NCBI GenBank assembly: GCA_963663235.2
Contig: CAXXNO010000008.1
Coordinates: 160,001 to 224,000 of the forward strand
DNA length: 64,000 nucleotides
Direction: 5' to 3'
DNA from: Dehalococcoidia bacterium
Lineage (GTDB): Bacteria > Chloroflexota > Dehalococcoidia > Bin125
Below are positions 51,757 through 63,969 of the stretch, piece after piece (positions within the stretch are counted from its first letter, which is position 1; each line of letters begins with the position of its first letter). A program made the translations under genes and the position numbers. The notes beneath the pieces were generated by a model, which saw nothing but the letters and a program-made list of their open reading frames with translations, did not search any database and was not told where the DNA came from.

Positions 51757-52629
51757 GTGGAGAGTTGGCCCGACGATCGGTACGACGCGGAGTCCAGCCC
51801 AGACGTCCTCCTGACCGATGGCGCGGATGCGGTCGCAATCGAGATCAAACAACTCACTGACGGGGAGAGCTTCCACACGCACGACCGGGCGCTGCAGTCG
51901 CTCATAGAGCGACTGGCCCCCGACTCAGCCCGTAGCTATGCGTTGTTTCCGCCACCCTCAATCAGGCTCCCTTTCGACCGCGCACTGGTCAAACAGATCA
52001 GGCCTCGAATAGCTATCGCCGCTACCGAGCTCCGGGTAGGCGAAGCGGTGGAAGTTCCCATACCGCGGCGAGCAACGGTCAGATTCTTGGACCAATCCGA
52101 CGTGGGATTCGTCTGCTGCTTCCACGCACGAAGTGACGATGTACGAGCAGTCTCTCGCGAAGTCGCAGGAATCTACTTCCTTGAGGACGGCGGTGGTCCC
52201 GACCACCAGTTCCTCTCGGAGGAACGCCGCTTATCGTTCCACCAGGCCCTCACGCGGGCCTGCCGAGACAGCGAACGAGGTGAGAGGGCAGAAGTCGAGT
52301 GGTTCGAAGAATGGGAGCTGCGAAGAGGCGAGGACTCCGACGAGGGCGAGGGTGGGGTGCTAGTCATTGCAGCCGTAGCAGGCTTCCTAGAGTCTGCAGC
52401 GATCGAGAGCGTCGACAAGGCGATCCGCCCGGCCAAGAAGAAGTTCGAGGCGAAGAAGTGGGCGGGGCGTCAGGCAGTGGCGCTCCACGCTGGCGAGCAG
52501 CAGCAGGAACTGTCGCCTGCTCTCTTTGAGAGCGCGATTGCCAGGTTGGAGGCCGCTGATGTGCAGCCTCTCGACTCAGTGTTCCTCGTTAGCGGCACGC
52601 ACGTGCGCCCGTTCAACTTCACTAGGTAG
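51757..52629 (+). CDS. Hypothetical protein with PD-(D/E)XK-like motif
   Basis: SPDVLLTDG..AVAIEIKQL; frame stays open upstream to ~51676. Confidence 0.55.
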   Translation: MESWPDDRYDAESSPDVLLTDGADAVAIEIKQLTDGESFHTHDRALQSLIERLAPDSARSYALFPPPSIRLPFDRALVKQIRPRIAIAATELRVGEAVEVPIPRRATVRFLDQSDVGFVCCFHARSDDVRAVSREVAGIYFLEDGGGPDHQFLSEERRLSFHQALTRACRDSERGERAEVEWFEEWELRRGEDSDEGEGGVLVIAAVAGFLESAAIESVDKAIRPAKKKFEAKKWAGRQAVALHAGEQQQELSPALFESAIARLEAADVQPLDSVFLVSGTHVRPFNFTR

Positions 52630-52783
52630 CACACCACCTGTCCGGTCTGTCCCATCACCGAGTCGAAGCGACAGGTACTGGTCTTCTGGGGTAAGGGTCA
52701 GGCGGTAAATCCTGCTGTGTGGACAGCGCTCGTACTAGGGTCCCGCTGGGCGTCCCGCCAAAAGCCAAACTGGGAGTATCCAC

Positions 52784-54027
52784 TGACCTGCCCCCCCAGA
52801 ACCGGTCCAGATCCTGTGCGAGGATTCGGGCCGGTGCGAAGGGAGTCGGCATGGCACGCAAGCGGTACGCGGCCGAGGAGATCATCGGCCACCTGCGGGA
52901 GGCGGAGGTGGTGCTCGCGCAGGGGGAATCGGTCGCGCCGGTCGCGCGCCGCCTCGGCGCGGCCGAGCCAACGTATTACCGCTGGCGGCGGGAGGACGGG
53001 GGGCTGCGGGTCGACCCGGCCAAGCGGCTGAAAGAACGGGAGCGCGAGAACAGTCGGCTGAAGCGGGTGGTGGCCGATCAGGCGCGGGCCAACGCGATGG
53101 TGCGGGACGTCGCAGCGGGAAACTTCTGAGCCCGGCCAAGCGGCGCCGGGCGACATCCTACCGCACGGACCCGTACGCGGTGGCGGAGCGGCGGGCCTGC
53201 CCGGTCACCGGCCAGGCGCGGGCGACACAGCGCGACGTGCCCCGGCCGTCCCCGGATGCGCCGGCGCTGATCGCGCGCAGCGTCGCGCTGGCCCCCCGCT
53301 GCGGCCGCTACGGCTCCCGTCGCATCACGGCCCGGCTGCGCCAGGCGGGCTGGCGGGTGAACCCCAAGCGGGTCGAGCGGCGCTGGCGTCAGGAAGGCTG
53401 GCGGGTCCCCGGGAAGCACCCCCAACGGGGCCGCCGCTGGCTCGCGGCCGGCTCGCGGGTGCGGCGGCGGGCCGAGCGGCCGTCCCACGTCTGGTCCGAC
53501 GCCTTCGTCTTCGACCGCACCGCCGAGGGGCGCCCGGTGCGGATCCTCGCCCTCGTGGATGAGGACCACCCGCGAGGGCCTGCGTCTCGACGTCGCCCGC
53601 CGACGGCGCCGCGACGACGGCCTGGCGCGGTTGGCCCAGCTGTTCGTCGAGCGCGGGCCGCCGACGTTTCTGCGGTCCGCCAACGGCCCGGCGTGCACCG
53701 CCACCGCGGTACGGGACTGGCTGCACCGGGTCGGGGGCACGACCCGCTTCATCGAACCGGGCAGGCCTTGGGCGAACGGCTCTGGGGAATCGTTCAACGG
53801 CAAGCTGCGCGACGCGTGCCTCAATCGCGAGCGCTTCGACACCCTGCTGGAAGCCCAGATCCTCATCGCGGGCTGGCGGCGGGAGGACAACCCGATCCGC
53901 CCCCACCGTGCCCTCGGCTACCGCCCCCCCCGCCCCGGAAACGCAGCAACCCCGGGAACCGTCCCATGACGCGCGTCCCGGCGATCGGACTCACTTAACG
54001 ACTGGTACAACGATCGGGGGCAGGTCA
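52784..54027 (+). mobile_element. IS3-family element, copy 2, heavily mutated
   Basis: Same IRs and GGGAAAC as copy 1; catalytic motifs changed (WSDAF, SANG). Confidence 0.92.
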
Positions 54028-54390
54028 CTACAGCGCGACCTACGGCAGCGCCCAGGCAGCCGAGCGCCACGCTGCCTTCTCGCCCGGCGACCAGATGCTC
54101 GTGTAGCCGCCCGAGGCCGCCCGTCCCATCGGCGCCAGCGCCCCCCAGATTCGCGCGCGGTCTGCACGGGCCCTGCTTCGCTGCCCACGCGGGAGCCACA
54201 TACCCGGACGGGAAAGCACGTCCGCCGGACGCCCCGTAGGGTGCGGCGGTACGCCGGGGAAAACGCGGATCCACGCCGGCAGGCTCCGCGACCTGCTCCA
54301 TACTGCCCCAGTCGTCACCCTGTAACCTCAGGGCAGCAGACTATCGCTTCTCGGATGCCGCGCGCCCCCTGAAGCGGGGAGGGACTCCCA

Positions 54391-57300
54391 ATGGCGCGAA
54401 CGGCCGTCCGCCTCGCGCCGTACGGTCCCCCCTCACGGGCTGCGCTCACGGCCGTGATCGCCGACGCGAAGCACAACGACCCACTCGCGCCGGTCACGGT
54501 TGTCGTACCGAGTAATTACGCAGGATTAGCGCTGCGGCGCGCGTTGGCGGTCTCGACGCTTCCCGGTTCCTCGCAGCCTGGGCTCGTCAATGTCCGCTTC
54601 ATGGTGCTCGCCCGCGTGATCGAGTTGGTCGGAGCGCCCCGGCTGGCGGCCCGAGGGCGACGCCCGCTCACCGCACCGTATCGGGCCGAAGCCGTCCGCG
54701 CGGCGGTAGAAGCGAATCCCGGCCCGTTCGCCGACGTCGCCCTCCTCGGGTCAACCGAGCGCAGCCTCCAAGCAACGTTCCGCGACCTTGCGGGCACTTC
54801 CAACGCGGCGCTCGATGCGTTGGCCACGATCAATGACCGATCCGCCCACATCGTGGCGCTCTACCGTGACTTCCGCGTTCGTACCGCCGACCTCTACGAC
54901 GAGCACGACCTGACGCAAGCCGCCGCCGAGTCGACCGCCGCCGGGTCGGCAGCGCTCACGGACATCGGCCGGGTGATCATCTACCTGCCGCGCACGCTGA
55001 CCGTCGCCGAGCACGACTTCGTCGCCGCGCTTGCGGCCGTGGAGGGCGTCGACGTCCTCGTCGGGCTGACCGGCGACGAAGACGTCGACGATCCGGTGCG
55101 CGAGGCCTGGGGCGCCCTTGGCACGGTCGATGAGATCGACGGTGCACTGATACCGCCGGTGGGGACCGCCATCGTGGCGGTGCCAGACCCCGAGGAGGAG
55201 ATGCGCGAGGCGGTTCGGCAAATCAGCAGCCTGCTGCTCGCCGGGACGCCGCTTCACCGCATGGCCATCCTCTACCGGCACGCGAGCCCCTATGGACTGC
55301 TGGCGGCCGAGCAATTGCAGGCCGCGAATCTCCCGTGGAACGGTCCCGCGACGCGGCAACTGGGTCAGACGCTGGCGGGACGCACGCTGCTCGGCTTCCT
55401 GGGACTGCCCGAACAACGTTTTCGGCGCGAAGCCGTCGCTGGCTGGCTCAACAGCGCGCCGGTATTTGACATGGCCGGCGGGGCTGTCGCCCCAGCGCAC
55501 CGCTGGGAGACACTCGCGCGCGCCGCCGGCGTCGTGGAAGGTATCGCCCAGTGGCGCGGCCGGCTCGCGCAGCACGCGCGTTCGCTGGAGAACGAGCGCA
55601 CGCAGCTCGAGAACACCGGCGATGACCAAGCCTGGCGCATCCGTCGCGTCGAGCACGACCGGGACGATCTCGCGCGCCTGCGTACGTTCATCGATGATCT
55701 GGCTGATCAAGCCGCATCGGCCGGGTTACGCACGTGGAGCGACTTCTCAGGCTGGGCGCGAGGCGCGCTGAACCGGTACCTGGGCGGTGAGGGGCACACC
55801 GCCGGCTGGCCGGAGGAAGAGACTGAGGCGTACCGCCAGGTACTACAGGAGCTCGGTCAGCTCAACGAACTTGACGCGGTGCGCGAGGCGATCGATTCCT
55901 CGACCTTCCGTGCCGCCGTTGCGCAGCTGCTCGAACGCGCAGCCGGCCGCGTGGGGCGCTTCGGCGAAGGTGTCTTCGTCGGACGGCTGGCCGACGCCGT
56001 CGGCGTGGACTTCGACGCGGTGTTCATACTCGGCATGAGCGACGGGGCGATGCCGCCGGGCCAGCGCGAGGACCCCCTGCTCCTGGATAGCGAGCGGGAG
56101 GGCGCCGGGATCGAACCGCGTTCCCACCGCACCGCCACCGAGCGGCGCGAGTATCTGGCTGCGCTCGCCTCGGCCGAGCAACGGACGCTGGTCTTCCCCC
56201 GTGCCGACGTGCGCGGGCGGCGTGCCCGGCGGCCCAGCCGTTGGGTGATCGAGACCGCCTCCGTGCTCGCAGGCGAGCGCATCTTTGCGTCCGAGCTCGA
56301 TCCCGACGCCAACCGGCCCTGGTTCCGAGAGCTGCCATCGTTCGAATGGTCAGTGACGGACGGTGGCGAGCCGGCGCAGTCGCAGGAGTACGACCTGCGC
56401 AGCCTGTTGCGCTGGCGTTCCGCCGGGCACGCTGTTGCCAACCACTACCTCGCGGCCTCCGAGCCGGCGCTGGCCAATGGTCTGACACTTACGCTCGCAC
56501 GCCGGTCGGGCCGCTTCACGCGCTGGGACGGCCACATCCCGGCCACGCTGGCGCGCTCACCACTCGCCGGTCACCCCGTCTCAGCGACCGCGCTGCAGAG
56601 CTGGGCGGAATGTCCGTTCCGCTACTTCCTCGGCCACGTGCTGCGCGTGTCCGAGCTCGAACTGCCGGAGACCGAACTCCAGATCTCGCCACTCGAGAAG
56701 GGCACGCTGATCCACCGCGTGCTCGACCGATTCCTACGCGAGCTGCCACCGCGCACCGAACCGGCGCAGCCTTGGACGGTCAAGGAACGCGCCCGCATGC
56801 GCCAGATTAGCGAACAGGAATGCGACAGCGTGGAACACTCGGGGCGCTCAGGGCATGTGTTGTTGTGGGAGCTGGAACGGCCGCGGATTCTACGCGACTT
56901 AGAGCGGTTTCTCGATGAGGACGAGGCGCTTCGCCGACGCTTCGGTACCGTCACGGTCGCGAGCGAACTCGCATTCGGGCTCGACGGCGACGAGGCGGCC
57001 ACGGTGGAGCTCGCGCCAGACCGCACGGTTCAGCTGCGTGGCAAGATCGACCGCGTTGACCGAGCCATCGACGGCTCGCAGCTGGTGGTGATCGACTACA
57101 AGACCGGGAAACTCCGAGATGTCTACAAGGGACTCGATAACGATCCGGTGCAGGGTGGCAGACTGCTGCAACTTCCCATCTACGCGGCCGCCGCGCGCGA
57201 ACGCTACGCGCTGCCGGAGGTGCAGGGCTTCTACTGGTTCGTCGACGAGCAGGGCGACGGTGCTCTGCGCGGTTACCCGCTCGACGCAGAAACGTGACTC

Positions 57301-57520
57301 GCGGTTCGTAACGGTGCTGCGCGTGATCTCCGAAGGCATCGAGGGCGGCGTCTTTCCGCTGCGACCCGGGCCGCAACGCCAAGGCGTCCATGAGCACTGT
57401 CGCTTCTGCCCCTATTCCACGCTCTGCCCCGCCGATCGCGGCGCCACGTGGGAGCGCAAACGCGGTGCACCGGAGATCGCGACGTATCGGGCACTGGCCG
57501 AGCCAGAGGGAGAGGCATGA
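54391..57520 (+). CDS. AddB/AdnA-like inactive-helicase + PD-(D/E)XK nuclease subunit (frameshift ~57290)
   Basis: CPFRYF and CRFCPYSTLC Fe-S staple cysteines; RGKIDRVD...IDYKTG...QLPIY. Confidence 0.85.
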
Positions 57521-60500
57521 CCAAACCGCTCCCCGACCAGGCAGCACGCGATCGGATCCACGACGATCTGGATGCCACAATCTTTCGTCGAAGCAGGCGC
57601 CGGCACGGGGAAGACGTCGGCCCTCGTCGACCGCATCGTGCAGCTCGTGGCAAGTGGGCGAACCATCGCCAACCGCCTGGCCGTTATTACCTTCACCGAC
57701 GCTGCGGCGGCCGAGCTGCGGGACCGCGTGCTCGTTGCGCTTGAAGGCGCGGCGGCCGATCCCGCGCGGCCGGAGACGGAGCGCGCACGCTGCACGACCG
57801 CGCTGGGAGTGATCGAGGCGGCGGCGATCGAGACGCTGCACTCCTTCGCTGCGCGCATCCTCTCTACACATCCGCTGGAAGCGGGCCTGCCACCCGGTTT
57901 CGCGGTCGTCGATGAGACTCGAGCCGCCGCCGCGTTCGATCACCGCTGGGCTGGCCATCTCGAGGCGATGCTTGAGGATCCGGCGCTGCGGGAGCCACTC
58001 CGTCGCGCCTTCATGATGGGCCTGACGATCGGCGACCTGCGCACGCTGGCACACGCACTGCACGAGGACTGGGACCGGCTGGAGGCGGAAGCCGCGGCGC
58101 TGCCGTCGCTGCCGATATTCCCCATCGACGTGGCACCCTTCGCGACTGACCTGGCAGGGCTCTGCGCTGAGCGCAAGCACTGCGCCGAGCAGACAGACAA
58201 GCTCTACCTCCGCCTCGAGCAGCTTGCGGTATTCGCGCAGCAGCTGGAGTCCGCTATCGGCGACGATCTCGAGTCCCTCCGCCTGCTGCCGCTCTGCCCG
58301 AGCCTCCGCGTGGGGAATGTCGGCAGCGCCGTGAACTGGGATGACGGCACGCTCGCCGAAGTGCGCGGTGCGCTTGGCGACCTCGGTGAACGCCGCGCCG
58401 CGCTCCTCGAAGGAGCGAAGGCAGCTGTCATCCCACCGCTCTACACCGTGCTGCGCCGCTTCGTGCTCGACTACGCAGAGGAGCGGCGGCGGAGCGGACA
58501 GTTGGAGTTCCATGACCTGCTGGTGCGGGCCCGCGACCTCTTGCGAGGCGATGGCGGCGTGCGCCGCGCCCTGCGCGAACGATTCTCACACCTGCTGATC
58601 GACGAGTTCCAAGACACCGATCCGCTGCAAACCGAGATCGCGTTCCTGCTGGCAGCCGATCATGACGGCGATCCGCCCCCCTGGCGCACGGCCGCCGTGG
58701 ATGCAGGCCGATTGTTCTTCGTTGGCGACCCGAAACAGTCGATCTACGGATTCCGCCGCGCCGACATCGAACTCTACCAGGCCGTGCAGGATTCGCTTCG
58801 CCACGGAGACTGAGCAGCTGACACAGAACTTCCGCTCGGTTCCTGCCATCACCGATTGGGTGAACGGCATGGTCGCACCGCTCATGGGCGCCGAACCGCA
58901 ACCAGGGCAGGCGACCTACATTCCCCTCCACGCCCACCGACCGGCGCACCCAGCGGACGTGACCGTGCACCTGCTGGGCGAGCCTCGTGATGTGAACGTG
59001 CCTGAGGTCCGACGTGAGGAGGCGGCGGCGATCGCCCGCGTGGTGCGCGAGACGAAAGACGGCCGCTGGCAGGTGCTCGACCACCGCGATGATGCCGGTC
59101 GCGAGCACTTCCGCGCCGCGCAGTTCCAGGACATCGCGATCCTCGTACCGACACGCACCTCGCTGCCGGGGCTGCTCGCCGCTTTCGAAGAGGCCAGCAT
59201 CCCGTACCGGCTGGAGAGCCGATCACTTGTCTATGGGACGCAGGAGGTACAAGACCTGCTCGCGATTCTGCGAGCGATCGACGATCCCACGAATGAAATC
59301 GCGCTGGTCGCGGCGCTGCGCTCACCGGGATTCGGTTGCGGAGACGACGACCTCATGAGCTACGCCGCTGCGGGCGGCCGCTGGGATTATCGGCGAACAC
59401 CTCCGGACGCGCTTGCGGCTGATCATCCAGTGGTGGTGGGACTGGCCTGGCTGCGCAGTAGCTATCAGCAACGCTGGTGGCAGCCGGTCAGCACGACCAT
59501 CGATCACGTCATCCGCGATCGGCGTCTGCTCGAGCTCGGGACCGTCGACCGGCGCCCGCGCGAGCGCTGGCAGCGGCTGCGCTTCGTCCTCGACCAATCC
59601 CGCGCTTTCATGGACGCTGGCGGATCCACCCTGCGGGAGTTCCTCGCGTGGGCCGAGCGACAGGCCGACGAGGGCGCTCGCGTCATCGAAACCGTCGTGC
59701 CGGACCCCGACGACGACGCAGTGCGCATCATGACCATCCACGCGGCGAAGGGCCTTCAGTTCCCGATCGTGGTGCTCAGCGGGCTCAACGTGCAGCCGCA
59801 AGACCGTGCTCGACCGGTGCTCTGGACCGACGGCGGGCGCCCGGACTTGCACCTGCGCCACGACTTCGAGACGGCAGAGTACGACGCGCTGCGGTCACAC
59901 AATCGGGATCTCGAGCAGTTCGAAGACGTACGGTTGTTTTACGTGGCGGCGACGCGCGCGCGCGATCACCTGCTCGTGAGTCTCTTTCATCCAACGAAGG
60001 GATCAGCTGCGAAGTCGCGCGCCGCCAAGCTGTACGCGCTCGCCCAGCAGCGGCCGGAGTTATGGCGGCGCGGTGGAGCCGTCGACCGCGCCGGCGGTCG
60101 CGGTATCAGCGGCACCGGCACACGCGCCCCGATACGGCCGCCGAGCGAGCGGCGTGGTTTGAACGGCGGGAGCAGGCGGTCGCTCAGCACGGCACTTTGC
60201 GCGCGGTATCCGCGACGGCCCTCGCGAAGGCGTCCGCCACGGACGGCGGACCCGAACCTTGAGAAGGAGCCGCCGCTAGAAGAGGACCCGCCGTGGCGGC
60301 GTGGCCGAGCCGGAACGGCCATCGGGCGCGCCGTGCACTCCGTGCTGCAGACGATCGACTTGGCCACAGGCGATGGGCTCCAAGAGACCGCCCGCGCGCA
60401 GGCGGCGGCCGAGGGCGTGGCGGACAGCGCCTCGGAAATCGAGCGGCTGGCGCGGGCTGCGCTCGGGTCCGCCGTCGTACGCGCCGCTGTCGCTTCGGGG

Positions 60501-60860
60501 CGCTACTGGCGCGAAGTCTATGTCGGTGCGGCCGTCGACGGCGTGCTTGTTGAGGGCTTCATCGATCTGCTGTACGAGGAGCCCAACGGCTACGTGATCG
60601 TCGACTACAAGACCGACGCCCTCCCCGATGACGGCGCGATCGACGGCGCGATGCAGCGTTACCGGCCCCAAGGGGCCGCGTACGCGCTCGCGCTCACTGA
60701 AGCCCTGGGCCAACCGGCGACGCGTTGCGTCTTCGTCTTCCTCACCCCGGTCGATCTGATCGAGCAAGAGATCGCCGACCTGGACGAGGCCATCCGCGAC
60801 GTGCGCAGTCGAATCTCGACGCTGCCGGGCGGCCCGTCCGTGGTCGCGCGAACCGCGTGA
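57517..60860 (+). CDS. AddA/AdnB-like UvrD helicase-nuclease (several apparent frameshifts)
   Basis: AGAGTGKT, DEFQD, GDPKQSIY, TIHAAKG, YVAATRAR and GFIDLL..DYKT motifs spread over different frames; ATGA-coupled to the upstream gene. Confidence 0.87.
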
Positions 60861-61099
60861 TCGGCGCCGGGGTTCGCAACGACCGCGCCCGCGGCGGGCT
60901 GGCCGATCGCGACGTGTCATGCACGCGACCACTCAGCGCTTCTTGAACCCTGGTCGCAACACCCCGACGAATCGCTCCATCGTCTTCACACCCATGTCGG
61001 TACTCCGTCGAGATCGATCGCAGAGCGGTTGATGGAGCCTCCGTCCACTCTCCGAGAATCCGGAGACGAGGGTCGTTCATGGGCGCGCCGCCGTCATTC

Positions 61100-61675
61100 C
61101 CAAAGTGTACGCCCATCGCTTGTTCCGCCTCTCCGTTGGTCGCCCCGCAGCCTGCGAGCCACACGGTGATGGTGGCCTGCTCCGTCGCAGTCAGGGTGAG
61201 GCCCCACTCCTGCTTCACGGCGCGGTGCTGACGCGCATAGGCGCACTGCTCCGCCGCCGTGTCGAGAATCCGGGCCGCGATGCCGTTCAACTGATCCGGC
61301 GTGCGACTCCCCTTGCTCGCGTTGAACGATTGCGCCGTCGGGTTCAGGTTCGCCCGATCACTCGAGAAGCGATCCTTCCTCGCTGCGGGCCAGTCGCAGC
61401 CCCTGAGCGCGACGTGGTGATCGTGCGCGATGGCACGCGAATGCACGGCATCGTGCGGTTTCGTCCAGGTCGGTGCGGCATTGGCGGGAGCGGGTGGGTA
61501 ACCGCCCCACTCGTCACGATCGTAGTCGTCTCCCGTGCACGAGTGAGTGGCGGGGACGGAATCCGGCGGGGGCTCCGGTGTGACCGCTGGCGGCTCGTCC
61601 TGGACTACCGCTGGCGGCCGTTCCTCAACGATAGCGGCTGAACTCGCTCCTTGGCCCTCTGTAGGTTCGCCCGCT
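61100..61675 (-). pseudogene. DUF1524/HNH-like nuclease remnant cut by IS6
   Basis: YDRDEW, DHHVAL, D.ANL....S.NASKG, C.YA....VK..WGL; left boundary approximate. Confidence 0.65.
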
Positions 61676-62629
61676 GGTTCTGTCAGATCTGAGGGCAGCG
61701 GGGCCAACGATGCGTGGTGATCCGGCGAGCGTTGATGGTGTCCTAGGCGACCTGCATCTCCTGGATCAGGGACCGCCAGCGGGCGACGAACAGCGGGCGC
61801 CGCGTCGCCAACGGGATCGGTAGTCCGGGCCGGGGCGGAACGCGAAAGTACTGGCGCAGCGCATCGAAGGCCGCGCAGAACTGGGCAGCGGAAGCGAACC
61901 GCCCGAAGCCCCGCATCGGATAGTAGCGCTGCTTGATGGCGCGGTGATCCTGCTCAATCCAGTTGTTGAGGTATTGATTGCAGCGATGTCGCACCTTCCG
62001 CCCGACGATCCACCGGATCGCCTTGCGATACGCGGGATGCGCGTCGGTCGTGATGCGTAAGGGCTTCCGTTCGGCGATCTGTATGAGACCCCGCAGGAAG
62101 CGTCGCGCGGCATGCTTGTCGCGGTGCGCGCTCAGCATCGAATCGAGCAGCGCGCCCTCCCGGTCGATCGCGCGATAGAGGTAGCACCATCGCCCGGCGA
62201 CCTTCACGTAGGTCTCATCGATGTACCAGGAGACGCCCGCGCGACCGCGCCGCTTGGCGCGAAGCCGGTCCGCCAGGAGTGGCGCGAAGCGGAACTCCCA
62301 ATCGCGGATCGTCTCATGCGTCACCGTGTAGCCTCGCTCGAGGAGCAGTTCGGCGACGTCCCGGAAGCTGAGCTTGTACCGCAGGCGCCACAGCACGGCG
62401 AGCAGCACGAGGTCCGTCGGGTACTGGAGATCGTTGAAGGGCGTGCCGGTCCGCTCGTTGAAGCGCCGTCCACACGCGCGACAGTTGAATCGCTGGTAGC
62501 CTAGCGTCGTGCGATGCCTGCGCTTGGTCGTCGCAGTCGAGCGGCAGTGCGGACAGTGCATCGGCGTCTCCTCGTTGCGTCATGAACGAGGCGACGCTAC
62601 GCCGACGAGCCCTGAGATCTGACAGAACC
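61676..62629 (-). mobile_element. IS6-family element; transposase 61743-62561 with N-terminal Zn finger
   Basis: IR GGTTCTGTCAGATCT(C/G)AGGG; CPHC/CRAC, WYIDETYVKV and EQDHRAIK motifs. Confidence 0.93.
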
Positions 62630-62805
62630 GGATCCCAAAGAGCCGCCGCAGCGCCTAGGCCAAGTAGCGTGCCAGGTCGGTACCGTGGCTGTAGGAGTGA
62701 TTGGAGGGAACGGGATCCGGACGCGGATCGAACGTCCCCTCGGCGATCTCGGTCGCGCGGACCTGCGCAGCGCCTTAGACTCTCGGCGCTTGAGAGGCGG
62801 CACCA

Positions 62806-63720
62806 ATGAGCGAGATCGAGTTCGGGATTCACCTGAGCCTGTTGCATGGGGCCAAGGACGACGCGCGCAACGCCGAGGCGCTGGGCTACGATTACCTGCT
62901 CACCGGCGAGCACATCATGTTCCACGGCCCCACAACGAACACCCTGATCGCGCTCGCAACGGCGGCCGGCGCGACGCAGCGCATCAAACTGATGAGCAGC
63001 ATCACCCTGGTCCCGCTCTATCCTGCCGTCCTCCTAGCCAAGCAAGCCGCCGTGCTGGACGTGGTCTCCGGCGGACGCTTCCATCTCGGCGTCGGCGTCG
63101 GCGGCGAGTTTCCCAAGGAGTTCGACGCCGTCGGCGTGCCCGTCGGCGAGCGCGGCGCCCGCACGAACGAAGCGCTAGAAGTGATCGACAAGCTCCTGAC
63201 CGAGGAAGACGTGTCCTTCCACGGCCGCTTCACGCAGCTCGACGGCGTCACGCTTGCGCCCCGGCCGGTCCAAAAGCCGCGGATGCCGTTCTGGGTGGCC
63301 GGACGCCGCGACGCGGCGATGCAGCGCGCGGCACGCTACGCCGAGGGCTGGCTGCCCTACATGTACACGCCACAGATGCTGGCCGAGAGCCTGGACAAAC
63401 TCGCCCGCTTCACCGCCGAGGCCGGCCGGCCCGCGGGCACGGTGCGAGGCGGTCTCTTCGTCTTCACCTGCGTGCACGAAGACCGCGACACGGCGCTTGA
63501 CCTGGCGAACCGGCAGCTCAGTCGTCAGTACAACCAGGACTTCTCGAAGATTGTGGAGAAGTACACGATCGTCGGCACGCCTCAGGACTGCATCGCGCGG
63601 ACGCAGGAGTACGTCGAGGCCGGCGCGCGGACCATCGTGTTCGCCCAAGGCTGTCCGCCCGAGTACGTCCCCGAGAACACCCGGCGGATCGCTGAGACGG
63701 TCATCCCCGCTGTCCGCTGA
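62806..63720 (+). CDS. LLM-class oxidoreductase
   Basis: AEALGYD...GEH, LDVVSGGRFHLGVGVG and VGTPQDC motifs. Confidence 0.9.
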   Translation: MSEIEFGIHLSLLHGAKDDARNAEALGYDYLLTGEHIMFHGPTTNTLIALATAAGATQRIKLMSSITLVPLYPAVLLAKQAAVLDVVSGGRFHLGVGVGGEFPKEFDAVGVPVGERGARTNEALEVIDKLLTEEDVSFHGRFTQLDGVTLAPRPVQKPRMPFWVAGRRDAAMQRAARYAEGWLPYMYTPQMLAESLDKLARFTAEAGRPAGTVRGGLFVFTCVHEDRDTALDLANRQLSRQYNQDFSKIVEKYTIVGTPQDCIARTQEYVEAGARTIVFAQGCPPEYVPENTRRIAETVIPAVR

Positions 63721-63753
63721 GACGGGCAGGCTGGCCTTGCTTCTGACTTGCCC

Positions 63754-63969
63754 TGTCCCGGCCCAAAATCCTATCCGTTTTAGGGCGCCAAAACCTCATC
63801 GCTGGCCATGGACAGCGCCGCGTGTCGCGCCGGGGTCGGGCGGCTCATCCGGTCGCGCGGCGGCCCGCGGCTTACCGAACCCCCGACGGGAGAAGGACTC
63901 CACGTGGCCGTTCTCTCAGGGACTGCCCTGTGGCGGCTCAAACCCTGTGGGACCGCAAAATGTAATCCG
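63754..63969 (+). repeat. Second cluster of stacked rve-IS termini
   Basis: TGTCCCGGCCCAAAATCC (63754), TTTAGGGCGCCAAAACCTC (~63779), TGTGGCGGCTCAAACCC (63929) and TGTGGGACCGCAAAA (63946). Confidence 0.7.

Noticed and set aside
52784-54027. Diversity-generating retroelement as the cause of adenine changes
   Set aside because: DGRs give A->N on one strand of a short variable repeat and need a reverse transcriptase. Here both A->C and T->G occur across a whole IS, and no RT is visible in the window.
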